From NCBI RefSeq assembly GCF_021028975.2, contig NC_059437.1, positions 31,124,001 to 31,188,000 on the forward strand: DNA of 64,000 bases, in the 5' to 3' direction. Below, piece after piece: positions 13,770-25,894 of this stretch. The stretch's first letter is position 1; every line of letters starts with the position of its first letter. The notes beneath the pieces were generated by a model, which had not been told where the DNA came from, searched no databases, and saw nothing but the letters and a program-made list of their open reading frames with translations. The stretch comes from Sphaerodactylus townsendi. Taxonomy: Eukaryota. A program made the translations under genes and the position numbers.

Positions 13770-14204
13770 CAGGGGTAGGGAACCTGAGGCTCGAGAGCCG
13801 CATGCGACTCTTCTGCCCTTGCACTGTGGCTCCACGAGCTGAGCCGCCGGCCCTATCCTTGCCCACCCTGCAGGCAGCAGGGCGGGCGCACCAACTGCCC
13901 ACAGTCAGCTGGACCGCGCCGTGGGCTTTCCCTCTCGCCCGCCCCGCCCGGAGCGGGGCGGGTGCTTTCCCAGCGGCCAGCAAGGCCAAGCCACCGGCTT
14001 CATCCTTGCCCGCCCTGCAGGCAGCAGGGTGGGCGCATCCATGTGCTTCTCAGAATGAGCAGAGTAAAAGGTTAAAAAAACCCTATATATATAGTTTTAT
14101 CTTTATTTTAAATGTCAAAAATTATTTGCGGCTCCAAGTGTTTTCTTTTCCCGTGGAAAATGGGTCCAAATGGCTCTTTGAGTGTTAAAGGTTCCCTACC
14201 CCTG
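13770..14204. mobile_element. hAT (Charlie-like) MITE
   Basis: Perfect 16-bp TIRs CAGGGGTAGGGAACCT and a perfect TSD CACTACAT. Internal ~45-bp direct repeat at about 13845 and 13990. Confidence 0.9.
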
Positions 14205-14747
14205 CACTACATCATGCTGTCCCCTGAGTCTTGTGTCCCCCTCCTTTCCCCTCCCTGAAAGTAATAGATCATATAATGGGGTGGGATTGATAATTATAAT
14301 TTGGGCTATTTGAGAGTTCTTGATATTTTAGCTGCCATCTATGAATGTTTTAATGTTCTGATTATTTATCAGTTAAATTGGAAATTGTTTTATGATTGTG
14401 ATTTGTAATTATGTGTGTTAGTTGCCCCGAGTCTGAGTGTAACCGGGGAGTGTGGGGCATTAAATCTTATACAATCATCAATCAATACAGTAAATAAACT
14501 GATGGTTGTAAGCACTATGATATTTACCCGTGTGTTTCCACATGCCACTTGCTTCGCCCCCAAACCATCTCTTCCCTCAAGCAAAGAGCTATATTGACTT
14601 TCTGGTGGAAATGGGGCCCACAATTTCCCCCATTCCCCACCAGTGCTGCGCAGGTGTGGGGGGAGGGGAAAAGATGATGTCACTTCCCAAGAAAAAAGAG
14701 ATGTGACATAATTTCATTGAGTTGATACTGTAGGATTTGCCCAGATA

Positions 14748-14901
14748 NNNNNNNNNNNNNNNNNNNNNNNNNNNNNNNNNNNNNNNNNNNNNNNNNNNNN
14801 NNNNNNNNNNNNNNNNNNNNNNNNNNNNNNNNNNNNNNNNNNNNNNNNNNNNNNNNNNNNNNNNNNNNNNNNNNNNNNNNNNNNNNNNNNNNNNNNNNNN
14901 N
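14748..14901. other. Assembly gap (154 N)
   Basis: Run of N. Confidence 1.
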
Positions 14902-16089
14902 GCCTAACAGCACAGTGCCAGCATACCTCATCCTCCAATTCCTCTGACAAGCTTCTGGGTGCAGCGGGTAACGTTTCTTTCCAGCACCTCACTGAAGATG
15001 AAGATGCTTCAAAAGAACACTGAAGGCATTTGTCTTTGTGTCTGCCAAGAGCACCCATTCCTAATCAGCTGCCTCCCTACTAGAAGGATGTTTGGTTGCA
15101 ACCGCCCAACATTTCATGATTATCCCCAGCACCCTACGGCAGCTGCTTTGTCATGGCACCCACTCGGCACCCTCAAAATGTCAAAAGTATCCACAGGTGC
15201 AACATGTCTAGGGACCTCTGGCTCATGGAATGATGCACAGTCCCCAAACAGAGCTTGCCAGAGGCTGGAGAGACAAGAAGGGAACAAAGATGAATAGTTT
15301 CTGGGTATTTAGCCTTCATTTCTTGTACTTCAAAGCAGGTGTTCCCAAATCACAGACAACCCAAGACATTCTGTTGAGCATGACAGAAATTCTCAGGGGG
15401 ACTCTATCATCACAATGGTGACAAACTTAAATATTGATTGCTTGTAAGCTCCTCAGGGTAGACCCCAATCCTCTTGCATTCTGAAGAGCCATTGTACACT
15501 GATGATGCTATAGAGATAAAGAAAGTAGGATAGGAATGTTCTATCCTTTATTGGTGCCTGAAATGAGCACCCTAATGGTAGAGCTGGCCCTGACCCCAAT
15601 TCAGAGGCCCAGCTTTCTCAAGTACTTCCTGCTTCTCCCCAGGGGATAGAAAGAAACCACTGCAGCTGTGCAGTTCATCCATCCAGGATATCCCCAGTGT
15701 TTCTGCCAGGGCTGGTCCTACCAAAGGGAAACAATTTGGTGACCACTTTGGGCACATTAAGGATACAATTCTATGTTGGTACTTGATCAGCTATTTACAG
15801 TTCTAAGCAGACATTTGTGTTCCATTGACTTCAATGGACTGAGAAGGGTGTAACTCTGGTTAGGTCAGTTCATATTGTACTCCATACCTTTGGCTGCAGA
15901 GTTGGTGTGTGGGTGGTAACCACTCATTACAATTTGAACCTTTCGCATTGACTGGGGAGCTACTGTCATCTGTACGGTCAAGGTGCATCTCAGGATAGTT
16001 GATTTGAGTTCCATCTATCCATGCCAGGAATTCTGTGGTTTCTATAGAACTTGTTTTTTAACTTATGGGTATGATTAAACAGATTTAAT

Positions 16090-16275
16090 AAACCAGAGAC
16101 TTGTGGCATCTTAAAATATAATAAAAATTTATTCCTGCATAAAGCCCCCTTCTTCAGACCGTATTGCATTATTGATGAAGTCGAATGCATGAAAACTTAT
16201 GCTGAAATGAAATTTTGTTAGTCTTTGAAGTGCCACAAGACTCATGTTTATTTTTGTGGCAAGAGATTAACACCC
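16090..16275. mobile_element. Penelope-like terminal-repeat remnant
   Basis: Inverted ends ttgtggcatcttaaa...tttgaagtgccacaag and the gttagtcttt motif, as recalled for reptile Penelope-derived short elements. Confidence 0.45.
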
Positions 16276-16967
16276 CTCCCCTTCTGGAATCATTATCATG
16301 TTACAACTGAACCACCACTGATAATATTTTTGTAGGCTTTCCATGATTAATTTTGTTTCATACATTGTGTGCTTTGATTACTGCTTAAAAACAAATGAGT
16401 CATTGAGGGTTGGCCCAAGCCACTGAGCTTATGCATACTTTGGAGGTTCAATTTGGGTAAGCATGTAAATAAGAAACCCCAAATTACTGGAAATGTGAGA
16501 TCACACACTCTCTCTCTCTGTTGGTAGCCACTGACTGTGACTCAACCTTCTCACCTGCTTGTGGCAAAGGATTATTCAAGTCCAAAGAGAATAAGAAGAA
16601 ACACACCTGGTATCTGTGTGGTGCATCAACAGGAACTTTGCCAGTCTTCCTAGCTAAGTGAGGCTGCAAGATTTCTAGGTTGGGGGGAACTCTTCCTCCT
16701 CAGATGGAGAGCTTTCAGTTCTCCCTTTTGATTTCTAAGAATGAATTGGTTTAGCCCAGGAAGGTGGGGAGGAGGATTAGTGAATGGGAAAGAGTGGAAG
16801 GAGTCTCTCTGCTAAGGAACTTCCTGCAGCCTGATGGGGGGAGTCTTGCACTCCTAGCCTAGGGTGCCCAAAATCCCTGACCTGACCATGAGCTGAAGGC
16901 TTGTTTCCGTGATGTCCGCTTTGTTCCTTTGACATAGGGTTGGCCAATCTCCAGGTGGGGTCAGGAG

Positions 16968-17256
16968 AGCCAGCATGGTGAAGTGGTTAAGAGCAGATGG
17001 ACTCTAATCTGGAGAACCAGGTGTGATTCCCCACTCCTCCACATGAGCAGGGGAGTCTTATTGGTACACTAGATTTGTTTTCCTACTCCTACACATGAAG
17101 CCTGCTGGTTAACTCTTAGCTAGTCATTGAAACTCTCTCAGCCCCATCTACCTTACAAGATATCTGTTGTGGTGAGAGGAAGGGAAAGGCATTTGTAAGC
17201 TGCCCTGAGTCTTCGTACAGGAGAGAAAGATGGGTTATAAATCCAAACTCCTCTTG
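16968..17256 (+). mobile_element. CORE-type SINE splitting a copy of the AGGGTTGCCA repeat
   Basis: A/B boxes and CORE are present. The host repeat resumes at ctggaattacaactg. Confidence 0.75.
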
Positions 17257-18330
17257 TTCCTGGAATTACAACTGCTGTCCAGACTACAGAGATCAGTTCC
17301 CAGAAAAATGATAACTGATGGACTCTGAATCCATGAAGGTTCGTCCTCTCCCCGAACACCACTCTTTCCAGGCTCCTCTCTCAACCTCCAGGTGTTTTCC
17401 AATCTGGAATCAGCAACCCTATTTTTACAGGAAGAGTACATTGGAAGGATCTGGCAAGAAATGGGTGGGATGAATTGATTCACTACAAGAATATGTTGCT
17501 TAACTGAATTCATAGACATTTTTTGTTGCAGGTGTCCGTCCTTTGTTGCACCTGTGTGTTTAGCAATATAAATCTTCTTGTATCATAGTGCATGTTGGAG
17601 GGTTTTGACTTTAAAAAGTTTATTTAACTTGCATTGTTTTGCAAGTTCCATTCCTAATTCAGCCCCTTAAGACTCACACAGGCTGAAGTTATATGTTGCC
17701 TGAACAAGAATACTTGTACTACTAACCTCCAGGTGGATTGTGCAAAAAGACACCTGAATAAAGTTGTCTCATGAATCATCTTTGTGCAAGTGTGCTTTAT
17801 TAATAACTCTCACTGGCTGATTACATACCATGTGCCTGCTGGGGGCAAATGCCCGTCGCAGAATGGACCTGTTCCCTCAAGCCCCACTTTGTATGAACCT
17901 GTTTCCTCAAGCCCCACTTTCACTTCCCATTCTCTTTGTGGCAAGCGAGACCACTTTTAGCACAACTTTTAATTATCTTCGTCGCCAAAGCAGGGAAATT
18001 TGCCCCAGACAAATTTTGACCCAGACATCTTTCCTCCACCCACAGCCAGTCTTCCCTCTCCTTCATGCCATTTTGCATGCCTTCCCCCTTGCACAACAAA
18101 TTGCCATTTTAGACAAATAGATTTTAGCACAAATATTGCATAGCTGTTCATTCAGTAACCTGATTTAGTGGGCTTAGAAGGAATCTGGTGGAATTTGCCA
18201 ACAATCTTGGAGAAAGGTGTCCTGTCCTTTTAAAAGGTCCCACCTGGAGCATGGCAGCCATATTGGTTGCAGACAAATGTACTGTTCTGTGAGAAGCCCA
18301 ACTGAGTAATCTGGGCTGCAGACACATTGA

Positions 18331-18471
18331 GGCTCATTCCACACATGCAGAATAATGAACTTTCAAACTGCTTTCAGCGCTCTTTGAAGCTGTGCGGAAT
18401 AGCAAAATCCACTTGCAAACAGTTGTGAAAGTGGTTTGAAAACGCATTGTTTTGCGTGGGTGGAAGGGGCC
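18331..18471. mobile_element. PIF/Harbinger-like palindromic MITE
   Basis: ggctcattccacacatgcagaataatg...tgcgtgggtggaaggggcc. Confidence 0.7.
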
Positions 18472-19554
18472 TCAGTGTATGTAGGAAGACTGGTGCACAG
18501 ACATACACCACTAAGGAAAAAACTAGGCATTTTATTCATCAATGGTGGCATTATTTGCTCAAAAAAGATTGATCCTTTGGCTTTAGAGGCTTCTTGGCAG
18601 AATGAATAGGCTAGGTGTGGCACCACCAGAATCAGTTGCCTGGCAAGGAGGCATATAAAGTTCGTCCCATGAGCTAACTCAGGCTGTCCACAAACACACC
18701 TTTAAATATGACATTCATTACATTTCCTCTTTTAAAAGTAGTTGGTAATGTTTCTAAGCTTAGCTTGCTGTGAGACACTGGCCAGTTATGCACTGTGAAT
18801 TTCCCGCAACCTCAAAAAGAATTGGCTGGGGAGGCTGTGTGTCAGGGCATGTTTGGCATTATTACCCACCATCCTGTTTGCAGCAGGGCAGGCATGACCC
18901 ATCAGCTGGCTTTTTGCATGTATCAGAGTGTGTGTGTGTGTGGGGGGGGGATGTTTCACAGGTTCTCTATTGCACATGGGTGCTTTATTTTTTAATATAA
19001 TATTTAATTTTTATCTTTAATCTTATCAATAGATCGATCTGTCAATCTATCGATAGATTGACATTTAAAAGGTGAACTATTAATTAAAGGTCCTGAAAAC
19101 GGCCTATGTACACTTTGGCCAAACATCATGCTAAAAGTGGATTTGCTTGCCGCAAAGAGATTGCAAAGGGAAAGCCAAGCTAGAGAAAATATGTCTACGC
19201 AAGAAATCTTGCTGTGGCAGACATTCACCTCCACCACACAGTGAACACCTTGTACATAATTGGGCACTGAAGTGACAGCCTTGCCCCACTCCCACTTGCC
19301 TGATTCACCAACTGCACTGCTAAGGTGCCACGGGACTTCAATGTAAGTGTTCTACTGAAGACTAACACAACTACCCTCTGAAACTGCCAGTATGCCCTGT
19401 GACCTCACCTAGCCAATAAGGACAAAGATGCTGGGATGAAAGACAGCCAGCGTGGTGTCATGGTTAGAGTTTTGGACAAGCATCTGAGAGGTCCAGTTTG
19501 AATTCCCATTTGTGTGTGATCTTGGGCCAGCTGCACACACTCTTCCTAGCAGAA

Positions 19555-19818
19555 GTGGCGTAGTGGAGGAACCAGGTTTGATTTCCTGCTCTGCCGCTTG
19601 AGCTGCGGAGTTTATCTGGGGAATTCAGATTAGCCTGTGCATTCCAACACACGCCAGCTGGGTGACCTTGGGCTAGTCACAGTTCTTCGGAGCTCTCTCA
19701 GCCCCACCTACCTCACAGGGTGTTTGTTGTGAGCGGGGAAGGGAAAGGAGTTTGTAAGCTTCTTTGAGTCTCCTACAGGAGAGAAAGGAGGGATATAAAT
19801 CCAAACTCTTCTTCTTCA
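19555..19818 (+). mobile_element. CORE-type SINE inserted in or after an older SINE head (19446-19550)
   Basis: gtggcgtagtggaggaaccaggtttgatttcc...gggtgaccttgggctagtcac...ctcttcttcttc. Confidence 0.8.
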
Positions 19819-20899
19819 GATAAAGACCCAGATACCAATGAGTTGCTTTATATTAAAAATTATATTCATTCATTCATTCTATCTGGTCATTCAGGCTCAT
19901 TCATTCTGCTCCTGTTCGCTTCATATTTGTTTTGTTTTGTTCGGTTTAATATAATCTTTTCCTATCCCTAAGGGCTCTGGGTGGTGTACAAATTAAAACA
20001 AACACATCCATATACCCCTATTAAAATGTTACATTTTAGTTAAAACAAGCTAAGACATCCAAACTAGCTAAAAGGGTAAGGTAACATGGAGGAAAACAAT
20101 AAACTCTGTACTGCACTGTTACATATTTACAGTTTTCTCAGCACATGGCTATCTTAGTGCTCATCTGCCTGAGAACAAAGGAAACAGGTTAACTTTATAA
20201 CTTCTGGTATACGTGCACATATTCAAACTGGCCAATAGCTAATCAATAGGTCAGGTCATTAGAATGGGACCTCAACATCCTGTTTACACACAAACAGATA
20301 GTTAACACTTTCATGAGTGGTTGTGACAGACACTTGCAAATACCAACACCAGCTTACCTCATCGGGCTGATATGAGGATCAAATGGAGAAGAAGAGAAAG
20401 AAGTTAGTTACTTTGGGGTCCCCATTGGGGAGAAAAGGGGAGGTATAATTGAAATAAATACATTTCTGCCTACAGAAGTGCCCCTTGAGCAAGAGGGAAG
20501 GAAACCAAGACGTGGGAAGCCTGACAGCAGTCCTGCCCCCTCTTGGCCATTATCTCCAGAATGAAAAGAGAAAATAAGGATGAATTGAATGAATGAAATT
20601 CAGAGAAAGGCTACTGCAGTTTCAGTCCATTGGTTATCCTTGTCTGTAGACAAATTCCAAAAACAAGAATATGTTTTTTTCAAATCAGGCCCACCCAAAA
20701 TATCACCAAAAAAGTGTGAGCTCTCTAGAACTCACCAGAGTGGATTAGACTTGAGCAAAAACAAAAACAGTAAAATTTGGATTCAGAGGCTTCTGGTTTT
20801 AAAATTATAAACCCAACCCCCCCCCCCCCCAAACCCTGAATATCTGATTCACAAAACCTGAAAATATTCGGGTTTCCCACCCCAAAATTCAGGTCCGTT

Positions 20900-21260
20900 T
20901 AACATTATGGGGATTTGTTTTGCTGTTTTTCAGTTTTCTGCCTGTAGGGGATGCATTTTTAAGATAGCAGCATCAAACTTGCCTGGTGGCTTTGGGGGAG
21001 TCTCTTGATGAGACTACCCAAGTTTGGTGAAGTTTGGTTCAGGGGGTCCAATCGTGGTGCCCCCCCATCTCCCATTGTTTTCAACGGTTTCTAATGGGAG
21101 ATGGGGGCTACCCCTTTGGGGGTCCTTAAAATTGGATCCCCTGAACCACACTTCACCAAACCTTGATGCTCTTATCAGGAGGGTCTTCTAAAGCTACCCT
21201 GTAAGTTTGGTGCATCTCCCTTGAAAAATTCACCCCCTACAGCCACTCCCAGAAATCACC
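20900..21260. repeat. Dispersed repeat with internal inverted repeat (MITE-like)
   Basis: gtttggtgaagtttggttcagggggtccaa (about 21022-21051) pairs with ttggatcccctgaaccacacttcaccaaac (about 21132-21161). Confidence 0.5.
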
Positions 21261-22824
21261 CAGATTCTCCTATTGAACTGACTTGGCTCCATTACAGCCA
21301 ATTGGGGAATTTCTGGGACCACATACCACTAATTGACAGCCCCCCACCACCACTGAGTTCTCACCCAGTGATCAAGGCAGAAGTCAAGTGAAAAAGGGGG
21401 AGTTCAAGGCAGGGGGCAGGGTAGAAGGAGGAAGAGAGACACGGAGAGCAATTGAGCCAGGGGGTAGGAAAAGAAGAGAGGTGCAGAGAATGATCAAGGC
21501 AGGGGCTGCCGGGGGCGGGGGGAGGAAGAGAGGCTCAGAGAACAATCAAAGCAAGGAGCTGGGGGAAAGAGGACAGGTACAGAACTAGCTGGGGGGTGCA
21601 AACTAAGCAAGGGAAGATGCCCAGCACACCATCTTCCTCTGGTCCACAGAGGTGCTGCCAGCAGAAGTGACAGTCTGCCACCCCTTTTCGCTTGCAGCCC
21701 AGGGCAGCTGCCCCCTTCCCCCAGATCTGGCCCTGTAGCAGGCTTGTATCCATTCCAAGGAAGGGAATGCCAACATAACACCAGTGACTATACAACTTAC
21801 CGTAGCTATCGTTGTATGTTTTATTTCTTTTCTTAGTTTTCTAATACATGGTGGTATGTTGACATAGTCCTCCAATGCCTTGTGAATTGAGATTCTATTT
21901 AAAGATCTTTTCCTTTGACTGTGTGGTCAACATTCTCACCCAGGGCTGACGTCTTCTTTTGTGACTTACAAGTCACCTGAAAGAGGGTTGCACAATCATT
22001 CGTCTTCAGATACAAGGAAATGGAAGCTGTTGTCATCGAGAGCTTTGAAACAATGATCAAAGAATGGAACAGTAAACAGTCTCTTTTACATATTTTATTT
22101 TAGAAACTGTAAAAAAAATCTTCTCTTCTCTCAACCATATATCGTTTTGGAAGCCGTTTGCAAAAAGCAACAGAACAAAAGCAACCACTCACCCCACATA
22201 TAACACAGAAGTGCCCTCAGTTCATAACTCCCCAAAGGATACTTTTTAAGGGATACTTTCTTTTGGTTCTGCCTTATCTAATTAACTTTTAATCTGTACA
22301 ATGTCTTAGTTCTTAACCTACACTCACTCCCCCCAACCCATCCAACTTTCCCAGTGATCCTGGAATGCTCCTGTCTAACTCGTGAAGTTCCTGACCTGAA
22401 TTCTAATAGCACCGGAGGATTCCAAGGCATTTGTTCTCTGGGCAAATAATGTGCTCAAAACTACTTTCTCTGCCTGTAGAAGGTATTTCTGTCTTCACCT
22501 TATGAATATTTAATCCCTTCTCACGTTCTCCTTCACCTTAAGGCTGAACTATGAAAGAGAGCTGCAGTTCACAGACATTAGTGGGTCAGAAGGGCAAAAT
22601 AGAATGGCTTATGGGGACACGGCAGACTTTGCAGAAAACAAACCAACAGGCAGTCGGTATCCCCATGTTCCTTGTTTGCAGAACCCATTTAGTGTTAAGC
22701 TGAGAACGTGTACACGTGCCTTGAAAATTAGCTCATAATTCAGAATGATCAGCATTTTGAGCAGTTTTACATCTGTGCTTTGGCAGTGTTCGGTATGGTG
22801 CATGGCCATGTGTTGGGAATCTTA

Positions 22825-23358
22825 CGCCCTTTCCGCACAGGCCAAAAACGGCGGCCTGGGGACAACAAAAATGCCGTCCCCAAGCCGCCGTTCGCACAGG
22901 CGGCGCTGCTGAAACACAGCAGCGCTGACCTGGCTCCCCTTCCCCTCCCTCAGGAGGGTGGTGTTTCAGGCCACCCTCAAACAACTTCCGCTTAAAGGGT
23001 AGTTTTTTGAGAGTAAACGAGGGTGTTCCCGGCTGGCAGTGCTGGTGCTAACAGCACCGCCTGTGGAATGAGCACGCTTGTTGTTCCGTCCTCCCACTCT
23101 TACCTTGTCAGCTGTCAGCCGCTTCTGCTGTCCTCCTAAGACCCTCCCTCGCTGTCCTCTGACCCCTCGGAGGACAGCGAGGGAGGGTCTTAGGAGGACA
23201 GCAAGGCGACGACAGCGACAAGGTAAGTGGGAGATGGACGGGGAAGAGGCGGCCTCTGCTGGGACCGCTCGCATGCTTGCGTGCGAACGGCCTCCACCCC
23301 CACGCCGGCAGAATTCTTGCCGGTGTGAGGGTGCATAGAGGCCCGTGCAGAAAGGGCC
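22825..23358. mobile_element. PIF/Harbinger-like MITE with a central 33-bp perfect hairpin
   Basis: TIRs GCCCTTTCCGCACAGGCC and GGCCCGTGCAGAAAGGGC; 3-bp TSD TTA; CpG-rich. Confidence 0.75.
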
Positions 23359-23446
23359 TTAGCTGTGATAATAATATCACACTCCTTATAAGGGCAGAGT
23401 TTGCACAATAATGAGACAGAGGCTTACTGAAATACAGTTAACTTAC

Positions 23447-24390
23447 TAAGAACATAAGAACATAAGAACAAGCCAGCTGGATCAGACCAAAGTCCATCTA
23501 GTCCAGCTCTCTGCTACTCGCAGTGGCCCACCAGGTGCCTTTGGGAGCTCACATGTAGGATGTGAATGCAATGGCCTTCTGCGGCTGTTGCTCCCGATCA
23601 CCTGGTCTGTTAAGGCATTTGCAATCTCAGATCAAAGAGGATCAAGATTGGTAGCCATAAATCAACTTCTCCTCCATAAATCTGTCCAAGCCCCTTTTAA
23701 AGCTATCCAGGTTAGTGGCCATCACCACCTCCTGTGGCAGCATATTCCAAACACCAATCACACGTTGCGTGAAGAAGTGTTTCCTTTTATTAGTCCTAAT
23801 TCTTCCCCCCAGCATTTTCAATGAATGTCCCCTGGTTCTAGTATTGTGAGAAAGAGAGAAAAATGTCTCTCTGTCAACATTTTCTACCCCATGCATAATT
23901 TTGTAGACTTCAATCATATCCCCCCTCAGCCGCCCCCTCTCCAAACTAAAGAGTCCCAAACGCTGCAGCCTCTCCTCATAGGGAAGGTGCTCCAGTCCCT
24001 CAATCATCCTTGTTGCCCTTCTCTGCACTTTTTCTATCTCCTCAATATCCTTTGAGATGCGGCGACCAGAACTGGACACAGTACTCCAAGTGCGGTCGCA
24101 CCACTGCTTTATATAAGGGCATGACAATCTTTGCAGTTTTATTATCAATTCCTTTTCTAATGATCCCCAGCATAGAGTTTGCCTTTTTCACAGCTGCCAT
24201 GCATTGAGTTGACATTCCCATGGAACTATCAACTAAGACGCCTAATCCCTTTCCTGGTCTGTGACTGATAGCACTGACCCCTGTAGCGTGTATGTGAAGT
24301 TTGGATTTTTTGCCCCTATGTGCATCACTTTACATTTTGCTACATTGAACTGCATTTGCCATTTCTGAGCCCACTCATCTAATTTATCAA
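23447..24390 (-). mobile_element. CR1 LINE, 5'-truncated (ORF2 C-terminus plus 3'UTR)
   Basis: ORF 23642-24148 encodes EKVQRRATRMIEGLEHLPYEERLQRLGLFSLE..RLRGDMIEVYKIM, the typical CR1 ORF2 end. 3' octamer tail (TTCTTATG)n at 23447-23470. A frameshift is present. Confidence 0.93.
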
Positions 24391-24766
24391 ATTACTATAA
24401 GGGAAGGGAAAACTTGGAAACAAAACAAGAAAATATCTTTCTAACAGGGTAGCTTACCTTGCTATTACATGGCTAACAAACTACTGGGGAGCATGTTCAG
24501 AGAGTAACAAAGGAGATATACCTATTGCCTACTGCAGACCTGCATGTAGACCTGACTGACCAATGAGGGTCAGTTACCTGATTACTGACTTCTAACCTCA
24601 CTAACTAATTAGCATGCACAACATTAACTCCTTCATTACTGGCACTTGCCAGATTACAACACCATGGCTGATTCATCCTCAGTATTTGCTAGCCTGGGTT
24701 ACATATGACCCATGGTCATCATGGGTAGGACATGAACCATTGAAAATCAATTATATCAAGACAGCG

Positions 24767-24890
24767 TAAGAACATAAGAACAAGCCAGCTGGATCAGACC
24801 AGAGTCCATCTAGTCCAGCTCTCTGCTACTCGCAGTGGCCCAGCAGGTGCCTTTGGGAGCTCACATGCAGGATGTGAAAGCAATGGCTTT
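24767..24890 (-). mobile_element. CR1 3' fragment
   Basis: taagaacataagaacaagccagctggatcagacc..., matching the 3' end of the 23447 element. Confidence 0.85.
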
Positions 24891-25748
24891 GAAAGCAACA
24901 CAAAGCGTGTTGGTTTTGTGCCCACACCATCTGTATCATTTACCACTCGGCAGCGTTCACTATGCTGCTGTGGGCACAGAAGTGAGTGGATCAAACTGCA
25001 GTTCCCAAGTGGCAATGTGAAAACACTAAAATCCAATTGATGCAACTGCAGGGCGGCTAACAAACTTAGCTGTGGGAGTCAAGCACATGGACAGAACACT
25101 GGACAGACAAGCTGTGCAGCTTCTCCCACCCCAACAAGACTGGGACAGCCAAGTAAACCACCTTGTTTGTGGACTGAGACAATTTTAGAGAGATCAGGTG
25201 CACTGGTCAAAAAGGACGGAAGAGCAGCACCAGCAAAGGGTTTTTAGACTCAGCAGACACTAAGTTAGCCCCAATGCATGCACAATTTGTTTGCTTAGCT
25301 AATCTGAATGGGCAAGGTTAGAACTGAAAAAAAAAGCCACCCAGCAATTAAGTGCTTCATATATTAGACCAGGGATGGGTAAAGCATTATAAAACAGTGC
25401 AGGGGCAGAACATTTTAAATCTAATTTAAAATGTAAAAAACGAATTAAACGTTCTTTCACATTTCGAAATTCTTTGGCAATTTGTGAACAAAATGCAACC
25501 TGAATACGGGGTTAAGTAAGCATTTGTGATGACATCCGATTGGTGTAACAATAGTCCAGAATCTCCTGGGAGAACTTTCCCCTCCACAGTTTCTAAATCA
25601 CGTTGCACGACTTTATACCACTGGAGTTCTTGCCACAATTGTGATCCCACACTAAAGATTTGGCTGCCCTCTAGTGGTAAACAGGATGAAAACTTTAATC
25701 TGTCCCTGCAATTTTAGCCTGACAACTCAGCGCCTGCTTGTTCTAGCC

Positions 25749-25894
25749 CAGTGGTAGCGAACCTTTGGCACTCCAGATGTTATGGACTACAACTCCCATC
25801 AGCCCCTGTCAGCATGGCCAATTGGGCATGCTGGCAGGGGCTGATGGGAGTTGTAGTCCATAACATCTGGAGAGCCAAAGGTTCGCCACCACGG
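25749..25894. mobile_element. Fully palindromic hAT MITE
   Basis: Near-perfect ~70-bp-arm inverted repeat; TSD TTCTAGCC/TTCTAGCA. Confidence 0.85.

Noticed and set aside
13724-14188. 154-aa GC-rich ORF as a transposase or gene
   Set aside because: It lies within a 435-bp non-autonomous MITE and has no transposase motifs.
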